Positions 1-10,078 of a DNA stretch of 33,218 bases are shown piece by piece. The position numbers and the translations under genes were made by a program. Source of the DNA: a virus (Duplodnaviria; Caudoviricetes); the IMG/VR virus record IMGVR_UViG_3300025653_000134, positions 1 to 33,218 of that record; one strand, given 5' to 3'. The notes beneath the pieces were generated by a model. It was not told the origin of the DNA. It saw only the letters and a program-made list of their open reading frames with translations, and searched no databases. How positions within the stretch are numbered: the first letter of the stretch is position 1; each line of letters starts with the position of its first letter.

Positions 1-1
1 G

Positions 2-61
2 GTCATGGATGCACTGCATCGTGTTGAAGATAAGCTAGACAAAGTATTGAGTAGGGAATAA
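2..61 (+). CDS. 3' end of an upstream ORF (…VMDALHRVEDKLDKVLSRE*), small coiled-coil phage protein, truncated by the window
   Basis: Open frame from position 2 to TAA at 59-61, 3 nt before the next ATG. Confidence 0.55.
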   Translation, partial: VMDALHRVEDKLDKVLSRE

Positions 62-64
62 GGT

Positions 65-2077
65 ATGGCAATGTTCAAAGCATTTAAACCTAGTGGCATG
101 GAGAAGATTGCACGTGCCATGGGTTATCAAGGCAATATGCAGGGCTTTCAAGATTACCTTGCTCAAGACCCTATGCGTCAACAGCAGATGCAGACATACC
201 AACAGAAGGCTATGCAGATGGCAAAGGGTGGTGTGGTACGTAAGAAGTATCAAGAGGGTGGCATTGTAGGTGAACCATTAAAGTTTGAACAAGTAGCACA
301 GCCTATGCCGCCTATTCAACCCGTCACAAAACCTGCTGCAAACACTGGTACTGTAGCACAGGGTACACAACAACAACAAGCAGACACACCTGCAGCACAA
401 ACAGAAACACCAGATAATATCGGTGAATCTACTGTACAACGTATGTACCAGCCGGGATTGCCAGCGGGTGGTGTAACACAAGCAGCACTTACTCCTACTG
501 AAGCAGGTCAGTACATACAACCCGGTGCTGGTACAGTGACAGGTGCAGTTGCAGTGCCTACAGCTATGGCTGCAACACAACAAGCTGCTGCCCCACAAGA
601 ACAGCAAGCAAATATCATGGAGGCTGCACAAGCCGCACCAGCCGTTGATGCAGCTATGAATGCTACACAGGCAGCACAAGGTACTGTAGACCCACGTGCG
701 CAGGTCACAGCGGCCCAGCAAACAGCATCCAGTGTTGGAGACTTGACAGCAGCGCAAGGAAATGCTACACTAATAGATAATCCTGTCCAACGTGAAATTC
801 AGCAGGGTGAACTTATCAGTGGTGCAGCGGCAGACGCTACTAAGGCTGCACAGTTTACAGAACAAATTCAAGCAGCAGAAGCTACACCTTCTACACAAGC
901 TACAGTACAAGGTCAGCTTGCTTCTCTTACTGCTAACTTTGATGCTGCCAATCCACCTGCATGGGCTGCTGGTGCTATGCGTAATGCTACAGCACAGATG
1001 GCTGCACGTGGACTAGGCGCAAGTAGCCTCGCTGGTCAGGCAATTGTTCAGGCCACGCTTGAGGCTGCTCTTCCTATTGCACAGGCAGATGCTGCTACAG
1101 TAGCACAGTTTGAAGCACAGAATCTTTCTAACAGACAGCAACGTGCGATGCTTGCTGCACAGCAACGTGCTACCTTTATGGGTATGGAGTTTGATCAAGC
1201 ATTCCAAGCACGTGTGCAGAATGCCGCTAAGATTAGTGACATAGCAAATCAAAACTTTACAGCAGAACAGCAAGTTCAACTTGAGAACTCTCGTGCTGTA
1301 AATACAATGAACTTAAATAATCTATCTAACAGGCAAGCACTTGTAATGTCACAAGCTGCTGCTTTGGCACAGATGGATACACAGAACTTGAACAACCGTC
1401 AGCAAGCCGCAGTACAGAATGCTCAAAACTTCTTGCAGATGGACATGACTAATCTAAGCAATCAACAGCAGACAGAAATGTTCAAGGCGCAGCAGCGTAT
1501 TCAATCTCTGTTTACAGACCAAGCTGCAGAGAATGCTGCGCGTCAGTTTAATGCTACTAGCCAGAATCAAGTTGATCAGTTCTTTGCCAATCTTGCGCAG
1601 CAGACATCACAGTTTAATGCAGCGCAAGTAAATGCACAGGCACAGTTTAATGCTGGTCAAGCCAATACAGTAGAACGCTTTAACGCTGAACTAAACAATC
1701 AACGTGACACATTCAATGCGCAGAACCAACTCGCAATTGCACAAGCGAATGCTGTATGGCGTAGAGAAATTGCTACAGCAGATACAGCAGCTATCAATGC
1801 TGCTAATCAAATCAATGCAGCAGCAGTTCTTGGTATATCAGAAACAGCTTATGAAAATCTATGGCAGTACTATGCTGACACTATGGAGTGGGCATGGGAT
1901 ACTGCAGACAATGAAGCAGACCGTCAAGCAAATCTAGCTATCGCACAAATGCAAGCAGATAACAATCTTGAGGTTGCAAAGTTTAAAGGTGACTATGAGT
2001 CAAGCCAAGCTGTCGGTGGATTTGTTACTGATGTACTCAAGATTGGTTTAAACACAGGATTTAAATTTGGGTTTTAA
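65..2077 (+). CDS. Q/A/N-rich putative internal virion (DNA ejection/pilot) protein
   Basis: 670-aa ORF with 22-aa (NLSNRQx) and 11-aa (xxFNA) periodic repeats; sits in a tightly packed block of large virion-type genes. Confidence 0.65.
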   Translation: MAMFKAFKPSGMEKIARAMGYQGNMQGFQDYLAQDPMRQQQMQTYQQKAMQMAKGGVVRKKYQEGGIVGEPLKFEQVAQPMPPIQPVTKPAANTGTVAQGTQQQQADTPAAQTETPDNIGESTVQRMYQPGLPAGGVTQAALTPTEAGQYIQPGAGTVTGAVAVPTAMAATQQAAAPQEQQANIMEAAQAAPAVDAAMNATQAAQGTVDPRAQVTAAQQTASSVGDLTAAQGNATLIDNPVQREIQQGELISGAAADATKAAQFTEQIQAAEATPSTQATVQGQLASLTANFDAANPPAWAAGAMRNATAQMAARGLGASSLAGQAIVQATLEAALPIAQADAATVAQFEAQNLSNRQQRAMLAAQQRATFMGMEFDQAFQARVQNAAKISDIANQNFTAEQQVQLENSRAVNTMNLNNLSNRQALVMSQAAALAQMDTQNLNNRQQAAVQNAQNFLQMDMTNLSNQQQTEMFKAQQRIQSLFTDQAAENAARQFNATSQNQVDQFFANLAQQTSQFNAAQVNAQAQFNAGQANTVERFNAELNNQRDTFNAQNQLAIAQANAVWRREIATADTAAINAANQINAAAVLGISETAYENLWQYYADTMEWAWDTADNEADRQANLAIAQMQADNNLEVAKFKGDYESSQAVGGFVTDVLKIGLNTGFKFGF

Positions 2078-2079
2078 AA

Positions 2080-2283
2080 ATGCAAACACGTATGACAACT
2101 AACAGTATTATTAATACTAAAAGGTATATGGATAAGGCAAGTAAGGCTAAGCCAGTTGATACACCTAAACCTAAAGGCTTGCTTTTCAAACCTGATCGTG
2201 CTACAATGAAACCTGAAGACGAACCTGAATCTGTTCGTCTAGTCAGATTAGTACAGAAAGCAATGGAAACAGATTATGCGTAA
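2080..2283 (+). CDS. hypothetical protein
   Basis: 67-aa ORF that fills the gap between neighbouring genes and overlaps the next start. Confidence 0.6.
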   Translation: MQTRMTTNSIINTKRYMDKASKAKPVDTPKPKGLLFKPDRATMKPEDEPESVRLVRLVQKAMETDYA

Positions 2284-2788
2284 TAAAAACGAACCTGCCC
2301 CATCCTTTGATGCGCCTATACCCGGACAGTCTTTGACTGCACCTGTAGGTGATAGACCATGGCAACGGCCCCCTCAGTTTCCTACTGCAGATCAGGCATT
2401 GGCCTTTTATGTAGACCGTGTGACGAATGAAAGGCAAGCATCTGAGATGATGGACTTGCTTGAAATGGGTGTGCCTGTTGATACTCTTGTGGATACACTA
2501 CAACTTGGTGGTGTTATGCAAGGATTGCATAGTGTAGATGTCGGCATGATTATCGCCCCTGCACTCACCGAAGTTATTTCAAAGATGGCTGAGAAGTCTG
2601 GAGTTGAGCATACTGTCTTATCTACTGATGTTGATGACAAAGCACCTACGAAAACAGAAGTTGCGCTGACCCTTAGTGAAATGAGATCAAGACGAGAGTT
2701 GCCTAAAGAAGAACCTGTAGAAGAACCACAAGAAGAAGAGGCAATGGAAGACGAAGAGCCTCGCGGCTTAATGGCAAGGAGATCATAA
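2276..2788 (+). CDS. hypothetical virion-associated protein with acidic C-terminus ending in RGLMARRS
   Basis: 170-aa ORF, tightly packed in the operon. Confidence 0.75.
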   Translation: MRNKNEPAPSFDAPIPGQSLTAPVGDRPWQRPPQFPTADQALAFYVDRVTNERQASEMMDLLEMGVPVDTLVDTLQLGGVMQGLHSVDVGMIIAPALTEVISKMAEKSGVEHTVLSTDVDDKAPTKTEVALTLSEMRSRRELPKEEPVEEPQEEEAMEDEEPRGLMARRS

Positions 2789-2789
2789 G

Positions 2790-4019
2790 ATGGCTTTTAT
2801 TATGTCAGCCGCTCTTGGTGGCGCAGCTAAACGTGCTTCAGAAATATTTGAAGAGGAGCGTAAAGAAGCTATTAGCTTGATTGATAGTAGCTTAAAAGAT
2901 TTTGGTAGACTTGGTGTAGCTAAACTTTCAGAGCGCAAGAAAAAACGTAAAGAGTTAGACACAGCAGGGCAGATACTTAAAAATGCAGGTTTCTCTGACG
3001 CGCAGGTCGCTGTAGCTTGGCAGCAAAATAGGCACCAACAGGTTGTAGATCACATAATTCACCAACAAAAGTTGTCAAAAGAAAATCCCGAAATCGCAGC
3101 CATAAAACCAGCAGATATTATTACTCTAGCGGAAGGTCAAGACTTGGGCGGCATGACGTATGATGAATTACTTGACGGTGTAATGGGCAAGGTTTCGTCT
3201 GGCATGACAACTGCAGATGCTATTGCCGATATAGGCGGTACAGGATTGCAAGGTGCGTATATGAAACAACGTGCTGATGCAGCCGCCGCTGCTACAGGTA
3301 TGAACCTTGCTGAATTGAGAGCATTAGCCACAGAAGATTTTGAATATGGTAGTCCTGTTCAGGGTGCTATTAATCTTGTCGATCCTGTAGAATCTGCTAG
3401 GGCTTCAGCAGTTTTGTCTGGCGATGAGGCGGGAATGTTTAGCGGTCCTGCTGCAGACAGTAATCTTAGAAACTATGGTAATCAAATTACCGGAGCAAAA
3501 GGAGTTCCCTCTGCTGGTGTAATGCTCTATGAACACGAAAAAGCAGACCGCAATATTATGGTCAGCACAAAGGTCGCTGAATTAATTGCTAAAAAACAAG
3601 CGGAAGTTAACCGTAATAGACTTAGCGGAACTGAAATACTCGAACTAAAAGCAGAACTGGTATTATGGGCAAAAGATAAGGGTGTCTATGCAGGTGCGCC
3701 GGATCAAAAAGAAGAAGATAAAAGTAATACATCTGATATTCCTATACTTCAAGGTACAGATGATCAAACACTGTTTACAGAAACTCTTGATATGCTTCCT
3801 ACGTTAGAAGGCGATAAAAAGGATGCCTTCATTGATGCTGCATATAATAAAGTATATGAGTACTATAAAGGAAAAGAAGCTACTAACCAAAGGGCCAGAG
3901 AAAAAGCAAATGCTTGGCTTGAAAGAGTTATGACAGAAACAAATAAAACATCTCAAGTTACCACAAATGCTGAAGATGTTCCTGAAGGAATGGGTGCATT
4001 GGTAGGTGCAGGACAGTAG
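2790..4019 (+). CDS. hypothetical protein, putative internal virion protein
   Basis: 409-aa ORF; position in the ejection-protein block. Confidence 0.7.
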   Translation: MAFIMSAALGGAAKRASEIFEEERKEAISLIDSSLKDFGRLGVAKLSERKKKRKELDTAGQILKNAGFSDAQVAVAWQQNRHQQVVDHIIHQQKLSKENPEIAAIKPADIITLAEGQDLGGMTYDELLDGVMGKVSSGMTTADAIADIGGTGLQGAYMKQRADAAAAATGMNLAELRALATEDFEYGSPVQGAINLVDPVESARASAVLSGDEAGMFSGPAADSNLRNYGNQITGAKGVPSAGVMLYEHEKADRNIMVSTKVAELIAKKQAEVNRNRLSGTEILELKAELVLWAKDKGVYAGAPDQKEEDKSNTSDIPILQGTDDQTLFTETLDMLPTLEGDKKDAFIDAAYNKVYEYYKGKEATNQRAREKANAWLERVMTETNKTSQVTTNAEDVPEGMGALVGAGQ

Positions 4020-4027
4020 GTGTAAGT

Positions 4028-7000
4028 ATGTTTAAAGATTATAACAAACGTGATACCCTTACACGTGATGAGTTGGCATCCGATTCTGATTTTATCGCGG
4101 ATGCCACTTATTTTTTGAGAGAGCGTGGCGGTGTAGATGAGTTGATGACTAAGGATGAAGTTATCGATAAGTTTATGGAGCATATGCGTTTTCAAAATAC
4201 AAATGAAATAACAGCCCTGCGTGATCTTGAGTATGCACAGAATGCAGACAGACAAGGTAAGCAGACGTTTGCTCGTTTGATTGATGCCTATGATCGCATC
4301 GATGACTTAGAAGAAGTCGATGACTATGGAAGAATGATGCTGGATTATGCACAAGGCATAGCATCTGCACCGTCTACGTATCTTGGCATCATTACAGGTG
4401 GCACAGGTAAAGCTGCAAGTATTGCTGGCACACAAGCTGCTAAGATTGGCATACGTAAAATTCTATCTTCTGCTATGACTCGTGCGCCATCTGCGCTTAA
4501 AGCGGCAGCAGTAGAAGGTGCTATAGGTACAGGACAAGCACTAGCACAAGAACAGACTCGTGTAGAGACAGGCTTGCAAGAAGATATCCGTGGTGAGCAA
4601 GTAGCCTTAAGCGGTGGTATAGCTGCTCTTACAGGTGGTGGTATTGGATACTTGTCTGGTAGAGCGCAGACAAAAGCAGCATCTAAAGCAGATGAACTAT
4701 ATGAATCTGCGCAGCTTGGTGCAGCTGAGAGGGCTAAAAAAGCTAGCGAAAAAACAAATGAAGTTCTAAGTAAAGCTAGTAAAGAAAGCATCGATGAAGT
4801 TACTGAAACACTCAATGCCCTAAATCCTAATAAAGTTGCAGTGGGCAGACGCCTTAAAAAAGATTTGAATCCAAGTGATACTATGGAAGCTGCACTTGGA
4901 TCAGACGTATTCCGCAATATATCTGCAGCAGCTATTCAAGTTAAAGACAAATTACAGCTAAACAAAGGAGATCGTGTAACTGAGGGTATCACTGATCTAC
5001 TTAGAAAAGGCGAGTTTGAAAAATTAGATGATGTTCGTAGTATTATGCAAGAACACAATCTGACGCTTGATCAATTCTCTCTTATGTATTATGCAGAAAT
5101 GTCAGAAGCAGGTCGCACACTGGTAAGAGCGAGTCAAGTAAAACGTGCTATAGGAGGAAGACCAGCAAAAAATGCTGTTGATCGTATGATTGAAAGCGTA
5201 GATGAATTACACGAAGCTGGCGTATCTGCACTGTCAGGCAAAGAAGCTAAACAACTTACGGAAAATAGAAAATTAATTCAATACGCTCGTGATCTTGACA
5301 GCTTGCGCCTTGGTCTTATGACATCACAGCTTGCAACAACCATGCGTAACAATCTCAACGGAGGTTTTCGTATTGGTATTGACGCAACCACTAGAGCATT
5401 TGATAATATGCTTAACTTTCGTAATCCTCTTGATGGCACATTTGATGTTGCTAAGTATGCTCTTAATCCGTATGAAGCAAGGGTTATTCGGCAAATATAT
5501 GCAGACGAGTTTCCAGAAGAAGCAGCTAGACTTTTTCGAGAGGCAGCAGATTTATCTGCAGCCACAGGGTCAGAGACTGCTATGGCTAAACTAGGGCGCA
5601 AAGCAAACTTCCTTAACACCGCATCTGATAACTTTTTTAAACAAGCAGTCCTTTCTGCATCACTGAAACGTAGACTTGGTGATGAAGGTATTGATTTGTT
5701 TGAACTTATTCGTAAGGGCGAACTTAATACTGTAGATGAAGGTATACTAAAGAAAGCCATGGAAGATGCCTATGACTTTACGTATCAAAACTCTTTCCGT
5801 GGCGATGACTTTTTCAGTAAAAGGACAAGAGAATTTCTACAGGTTCATAGAGATGCGCCATTTCTTATCTCTATGTTTATGCCTTTCCCTAGATTTATTG
5901 CGAATCAAATAAGATTTACATATCAACATGCGCCATTGATAGGTCTGCTTCCACTAGACAGATTAGGTTCAAGGCTACCTGCACGTACTACAAAAGAATA
6001 CCTACAAGAAAAAATGCCAAAACAAATGACAGGTGCATTAATGATGATGGCTGCTTATCAATGGAGAGCGCAGCAAGGTGACGATGTAAATTGGTACGAA
6101 TTTAAAACGAATGATGGCAAGATTGTAGATGGTCGTCCAGTGTACGGTCCCTTTGCACCATTCATGCTTGTTGCTGATGTTATCTATAGACATAAAAATG
6201 GCGCACCTCCTGAGAGCCTTCTCCCAACAATGCGGGATGCAACTCAGGCACTGCTTGGTTCAACTTTTAGAACTGGTATGGGCTTGTACGCTCTTGATCA
6301 GTTGTACCAAGACTTTGGTAATGCAAGTGCAGGTAAAATAATAGGTGAAAGTATTGGTAATTTTTTAAACACCTTTACTCTTCCAGCCTCAATCTTAAAA
6401 GATTTTTACGGTCCTATGGATGAGCGTTACCGTATGATACCTGAAACACGTGATGGCGATTATGGTGTTGATATGTTTGACATCATCTATAACGTAGCTG
6501 CATCACGCGCAGGTAGATCGTTGCCTCCGGGGATTATGGAAAGACCGACACCTGCTCGTTCTCCTTTCCAGACAGGGCCACTACGTTCAGTTAACCCAAT
6601 AGAAAAACAGTTATTTGGTTTTGGTAAAAGAGAAGCAAAGAATGTACTGCAAGCAGAGATGGCGTATCTTGGACTGTCTCCATATGACATATACAAAAGA
6701 CAAAGGAATGAAGTTCTTGATATGTATATGAGGCAGGAACTGTCACGAGAAGAAGGTAAGCTTAACCTCAATGAAACTATGGAGAAGCTGATACGTGATC
6801 CAGAATATAGAAAGAAAAGTGTAGAAGCTAAACGAGTTATGCTAAAGAAAGCCGCTAGTGGTATTATAAGCGAGGCTAAAGATCGTGCTACAACACGCAT
6901 TGAAGTAGAGGCAGCACGTGAAGAATTACCATTTACTACACTGGATGTGACTGCATGGGAGTCAACTCCAAGAAGTATCAAAGCACAAGTAGAGGCAGAG

Positions 7001-7135
7001 TATCGAGATAGATACAGTGACAACTCTGTAATGTCAGATCGTGAACGTAGCGTTGCCATAAGAGGACGCGACATTAATGTTCTGCAGTGGGCGCTTGATC
7101 GTGCTGCACAAATACAGAAAACAGGTAATCTATAA
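4028..7135 (+). CDS. large putative internal virion (ejectosome-like) protein
   Basis: 1035-aa helical-looking ORF with G/A-rich hydrophobic segments near the N-terminus; size and position resemble podovirus core proteins. Confidence 0.7.
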   Translation: MFKDYNKRDTLTRDELASDSDFIADATYFLRERGGVDELMTKDEVIDKFMEHMRFQNTNEITALRDLEYAQNADRQGKQTFARLIDAYDRIDDLEEVDDYGRMMLDYAQGIASAPSTYLGIITGGTGKAASIAGTQAAKIGIRKILSSAMTRAPSALKAAAVEGAIGTGQALAQEQTRVETGLQEDIRGEQVALSGGIAALTGGGIGYLSGRAQTKAASKADELYESAQLGAAERAKKASEKTNEVLSKASKESIDEVTETLNALNPNKVAVGRRLKKDLNPSDTMEAALGSDVFRNISAAAIQVKDKLQLNKGDRVTEGITDLLRKGEFEKLDDVRSIMQEHNLTLDQFSLMYYAEMSEAGRTLVRASQVKRAIGGRPAKNAVDRMIESVDELHEAGVSALSGKEAKQLTENRKLIQYARDLDSLRLGLMTSQLATTMRNNLNGGFRIGIDATTRAFDNMLNFRNPLDGTFDVAKYALNPYEARVIRQIYADEFPEEAARLFREAADLSAATGSETAMAKLGRKANFLNTASDNFFKQAVLSASLKRRLGDEGIDLFELIRKGELNTVDEGILKKAMEDAYDFTYQNSFRGDDFFSKRTREFLQVHRDAPFLISMFMPFPRFIANQIRFTYQHAPLIGLLPLDRLGSRLPARTTKEYLQEKMPKQMTGALMMMAAYQWRAQQGDDVNWYEFKTNDGKIVDGRPVYGPFAPFMLVADVIYRHKNGAPPESLLPTMRDATQALLGSTFRTGMGLYALDQLYQDFGNASAGKIIGESIGNFLNTFTLPASILKDFYGPMDERYRMIPETRDGDYGVDMFDIIYNVAASRAGRSLPPGIMERPTPARSPFQTGPLRSVNPIEKQLFGFGKREAKNVLQAEMAYLGLSPYDIYKRQRNEVLDMYMRQELSREEGKLNLNETMEKLIRDPEYRKKSVEAKRVMLKKAASGIISEAKDRATTRIEVEAAREELPFTTLDVTAWESTPRSIKAQVEAEYRDRYSDNSVMSDRERSVAIRGRDINVLQWALDRAAQIQKTGNL

Positions 7136-9369
7136 TGAAGCGAAGCGAATTTAATTATCTTCAAGATATATCTATGGCTGATCTGATGTATGGTTCAGAC
7201 ACATTAAAAGATGTAGCACCAGAACTAACTGAAGATATGTTTGGTATTGAAGGCGTTGACATTACTGATGAAGAAGCCAAGCAAGCAGTCGGTGTTATAG
7301 CTGATGTTACTCCATTTGTCGGTAGTGCAAAAGCTGCTACTGAATTACCAGAGGATATTTCTTTTGTACAAGACCTTATCTCTGAAGGTTACAGTGAAGG
7401 CGACATCAAGAAGATGGGCTTGGGTGGTGCATATGGCATACTCACTGTAGCTGGCTTTGTTCCGGGTACTAAGATAGCAACTGATCTGGTTAAAAGTTCT
7501 ATTCAACGTGGCGTTAAGGAGACAGCAAGTGACGTAGCTGAGCAAACTGCACGTGCATTCAAAGCTGATCCAGCTTCCATGGATAGTGAAAGAAAGCAAC
7601 GTCTGATTCGTCTGTCAAAAGAATTACCTCCAAGTAGACGTAAGCAGTTTATTAAAGAGGGTCTGCGACCTACACCTAAAGTATTTCACGGTGCGCCAAC
7701 GCTTGGTGATACAGATGAAAGACTGCTTAAAGATAACTACCTAGTCTTCATACTAAATACATATAGAGAAAAGTATGTTGACACACCCGTTAAAGAATTG
7801 AGAGAAAAGTTTGGTAATCAAATCGGTAGTGAAGAACTATCTAAAGAACTTGTTTTAAATCCCGTAAGTATACCTGTTGTCTTACAATCAGAATCTGGTA
7901 AATACGTGTCTACATATGATATAGTGGACGCAGGGGATATAACTCTTCCAAATGGTAAGGGCGCTAAACTGCTTGATCTATATGATGAAGATGGAAAATT
8001 TATAAAGAAAGTACCACTAACTAAAACAGATGACGGTAAAATAAATATGTCAGATATTTCTGCTATGACAGAAAATCAACAATTAGAGACGCAGCTAGAA
8101 ACAGACACATTCTTTAACGATCCTGATCAGATAACTACCTCTTCACGTGCCGCACAGTTAGAAGAAGAGGGTAGATTCCAACCCTATCGTGATCCAACGT
8201 CCGGTGGGTTTGCTGGTGCTAGAGGATTAACAAGTGATATGGCTTCAGGAAGACACGCAGAACTTAAAGAGCAAGCCATTTCTTTGTCTCGTGACCCTCT
8301 CGTATCTATGAAGGGTGCGTTTGGAGGACAAAGACTAGACAACATTGTGGTCTCTGATTTACCTAAATCATTGCAGAGAAATCTTACCCCATCAGATTAT
8401 GATGCTATTGAAAGTGGTCAAGTGAGATTAAGTGACGTGTTAGCTGACTTAGACGTAGATGAAATAGAGAGTTTGTATGCAGAGGCACCAGAGTTTGCTC
8501 AAAAGATACTTGATGGAAAAGTAAACATGTCAAAAATTGGTATTAGCCTACCAAAAAGTAAGCACCTAGAAGCGGAAGTAGCTTCTAAAACACCTGAAGA
8601 ATTAGGTGTTACTCGTTTGTCTAGTACACTAGAGGATAAGGTAACAGAAGCGTATGGTATAGGCAGTCAACGCACAAAGAATATTGGTAAGTTACCTCTT
8701 AAAGAACGAGTGCGAGAAGGCCAGAAGATTGTCAATACTATTGTTAACTCAGGTTCATATATAGAGGGTGTGCCATCTATGTATGCAAATAAATCTTACA
8801 CACAGATGCTTGCTGACAATCCTTACGGTAAGGATAAGGCATTTAGGGAATTAAAGCCATCACAAAAATACAATATAGTTAAGCAGCACTTTAATGATCT
8901 TCAATCCCTTGGACAATTCACTGAACAATATGGTGCGCGTGGAACCTATGACAGCTTACTAGAAACAGCTACCGACAGATCAAAATTTATAAATGCGTTA
9001 GATGAATTGGCAAGAGAATTACCTGCTGGATCAGAGAAAAAAAGAAACATACAAAACCTACAGGCGGTTCTTAAATCAATATCAGAAAAAAAACCCGTGC
9101 TGCCTACAGCAGAGGATATGACAGGTAGATCAGTAGGCAGGATGAAAGACAGAGATTTGTTAGACTTAATAGATAAACAAGTTAAGTACAATAATAAGGT
9201 AGCTAGATGGGAAAGAAAAGCTGCTATTGTTGACGATGAGTTTGTACCGCCGCGCCCAACCCTTGAGACTGATCCTGTATTAGATCAGCTAACATACAAC
9301 GATGCTAAACGTGCAATATTTTTAATGACCCAAAAATTAAATCGTGGTGGGTTGATGGCAAAGAGATAA
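7135..9369 (+). CDS. putative virion-delivered protein with ADP-ribosyltransferase-like motifs
   Basis: 744-aa ORF coupled to the previous gene by TAATG; motifs VFHG, SLSRDPLVS and HLEAEV; C-terminus LNRGGLMAKR. The ORF is solid, the function is inferred. Confidence 0.5.
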   Translation: MKRSEFNYLQDISMADLMYGSDTLKDVAPELTEDMFGIEGVDITDEEAKQAVGVIADVTPFVGSAKAATELPEDISFVQDLISEGYSEGDIKKMGLGGAYGILTVAGFVPGTKIATDLVKSSIQRGVKETASDVAEQTARAFKADPASMDSERKQRLIRLSKELPPSRRKQFIKEGLRPTPKVFHGAPTLGDTDERLLKDNYLVFILNTYREKYVDTPVKELREKFGNQIGSEELSKELVLNPVSIPVVLQSESGKYVSTYDIVDAGDITLPNGKGAKLLDLYDEDGKFIKKVPLTKTDDGKINMSDISAMTENQQLETQLETDTFFNDPDQITTSSRAAQLEEEGRFQPYRDPTSGGFAGARGLTSDMASGRHAELKEQAISLSRDPLVSMKGAFGGQRLDNIVVSDLPKSLQRNLTPSDYDAIESGQVRLSDVLADLDVDEIESLYAEAPEFAQKILDGKVNMSKIGISLPKSKHLEAEVASKTPEELGVTRLSSTLEDKVTEAYGIGSQRTKNIGKLPLKERVREGQKIVNTIVNSGSYIEGVPSMYANKSYTQMLADNPYGKDKAFRELKPSQKYNIVKQHFNDLQSLGQFTEQYGARGTYDSLLETATDRSKFINALDELARELPAGSEKKRNIQNLQAVLKSISEKKPVLPTAEDMTGRSVGRMKDRDLLDLIDKQVKYNNKVARWERKAAIVDDEFVPPRPTLETDPVLDQLTYNDAKRAIFLMTQKLNRGGLMAKR

Positions 9370-9374
9370 AACAA

Positions 9375-9402
9375 AGGGGGCAATTAAGCCCCCTAATTTT
9401 TT
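9375..9402. terminator. bidirectional intrinsic terminator where the two gene blocks converge
   Basis: AGGGGGC-AATTAA-GCCCCCT hairpin (9375-9394), followed by AATTTTTT on + and TTGTTTT on -. Confidence 0.85.
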
Positions 9403-9507
9403 ATCCACCAATTATTTAAATCTCTAGTACAGCCGCAGATATTTTCTAAACCTGCCATGCCTACTACGTACAGTAGCCAACTGATAAGCACCAAGTATAT
9501 AGACCAT

Positions 9508-9891
9508 TTAACGGTTATCCCCGCTGCCTGATAAAGCCCCACGAGCCTTCCTGTCAGCAAGTTTCTGTAAGTTGTTTTCCATGATGTGTCCAAGATTCAT
9601 CCCCATTTCTTCTGCCAGTACTGCACAATACCACAATACGTCACCAATCTCATAGCCAATCTGTATCTTCTTAGCTAGGTACTCATCTTCAGTGGCACCA
9701 TCTCTGATAAACTTCTTGACTTTGTTTGCAATCTCGCCAGCCTCCCCTGTAAGGCCAAGAGTTAGGTACTCCATAGCCTTGTTCTTAGGGAAGATGGCAG
9801 TATCACAAGCCTTCTCTTGATAATAATCTGCTTTTATATCACTCATCCTTTTCTCCTTCATCCATTGTTTAGCTTCTTGCTCCAAGTCCAT
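9508..9891 (-). CDS. mazG: MazG-like nucleoside triphosphate pyrophosphohydrolase
   Basis: LGLTGEAGEIANKVKK…EIGDVLWY motifs and C-terminal GSGDNR, typical of phage MazG-like proteins. Confidence 0.9.
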   Translation of the reverse strand: MDLEQEAKQWMKEKRMSDIKADYYQEKACDTAIFPKNKAMEYLTLGLTGEAGEIANKVKKFIRDGATEDEYLAKKIQIGYEIGDVLWYCAVLAEEMGMNLGHIMENNLQKLADRKARGALSGSGDNR

Positions 9892-10078
9892 TCAGTTTCT
9901 CCAAGTTATCAAAGTATGCTGCATTCCATCCTCTTTGCCACTCACGATGGGATGTAAAGGTACGAGGGTTATTTGCTCGTACTGGATTTGCGTAATGATG
10001 AAACCTTCCATTACGCTGTGAAATTTTATTGAAAGCAGTGTAGCCCTCCTCAAAATGTTTAAGAAGAATTTCGTTCAT
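9869..10078 (-). CDS. hypothetical protein (G-Y…NP…WxRGW pattern, loosely RMF-like)
   Basis: 69-aa ORF with SD GAGGAGG; EEGYTAF…ANP…EWQRGWNAA. Confidence 0.6.
   Translation of the reverse strand: MNEILLKHFEEGYTAFNKISQRNGRFHHYANPVRANNPRTFTSHREWQRGWNAAYFDNLEKLNGLGARS

Noticed and set aside
278-9191. Many minus-strand ORFs of 60-225 aa (e.g. 4345..4917, 5278..5760, 6487..7164) opposite the large virion genes
   Set aside because: Antisense shadows of long coding frames; S/L-rich, no SD and no recognisable motifs
9393-9593. 66-aa minus-strand ORF after mazG
   Set aside because: Its 5' half overlaps mazG and it has no clear start; a shorter membrane peptide may exist but I cannot support one
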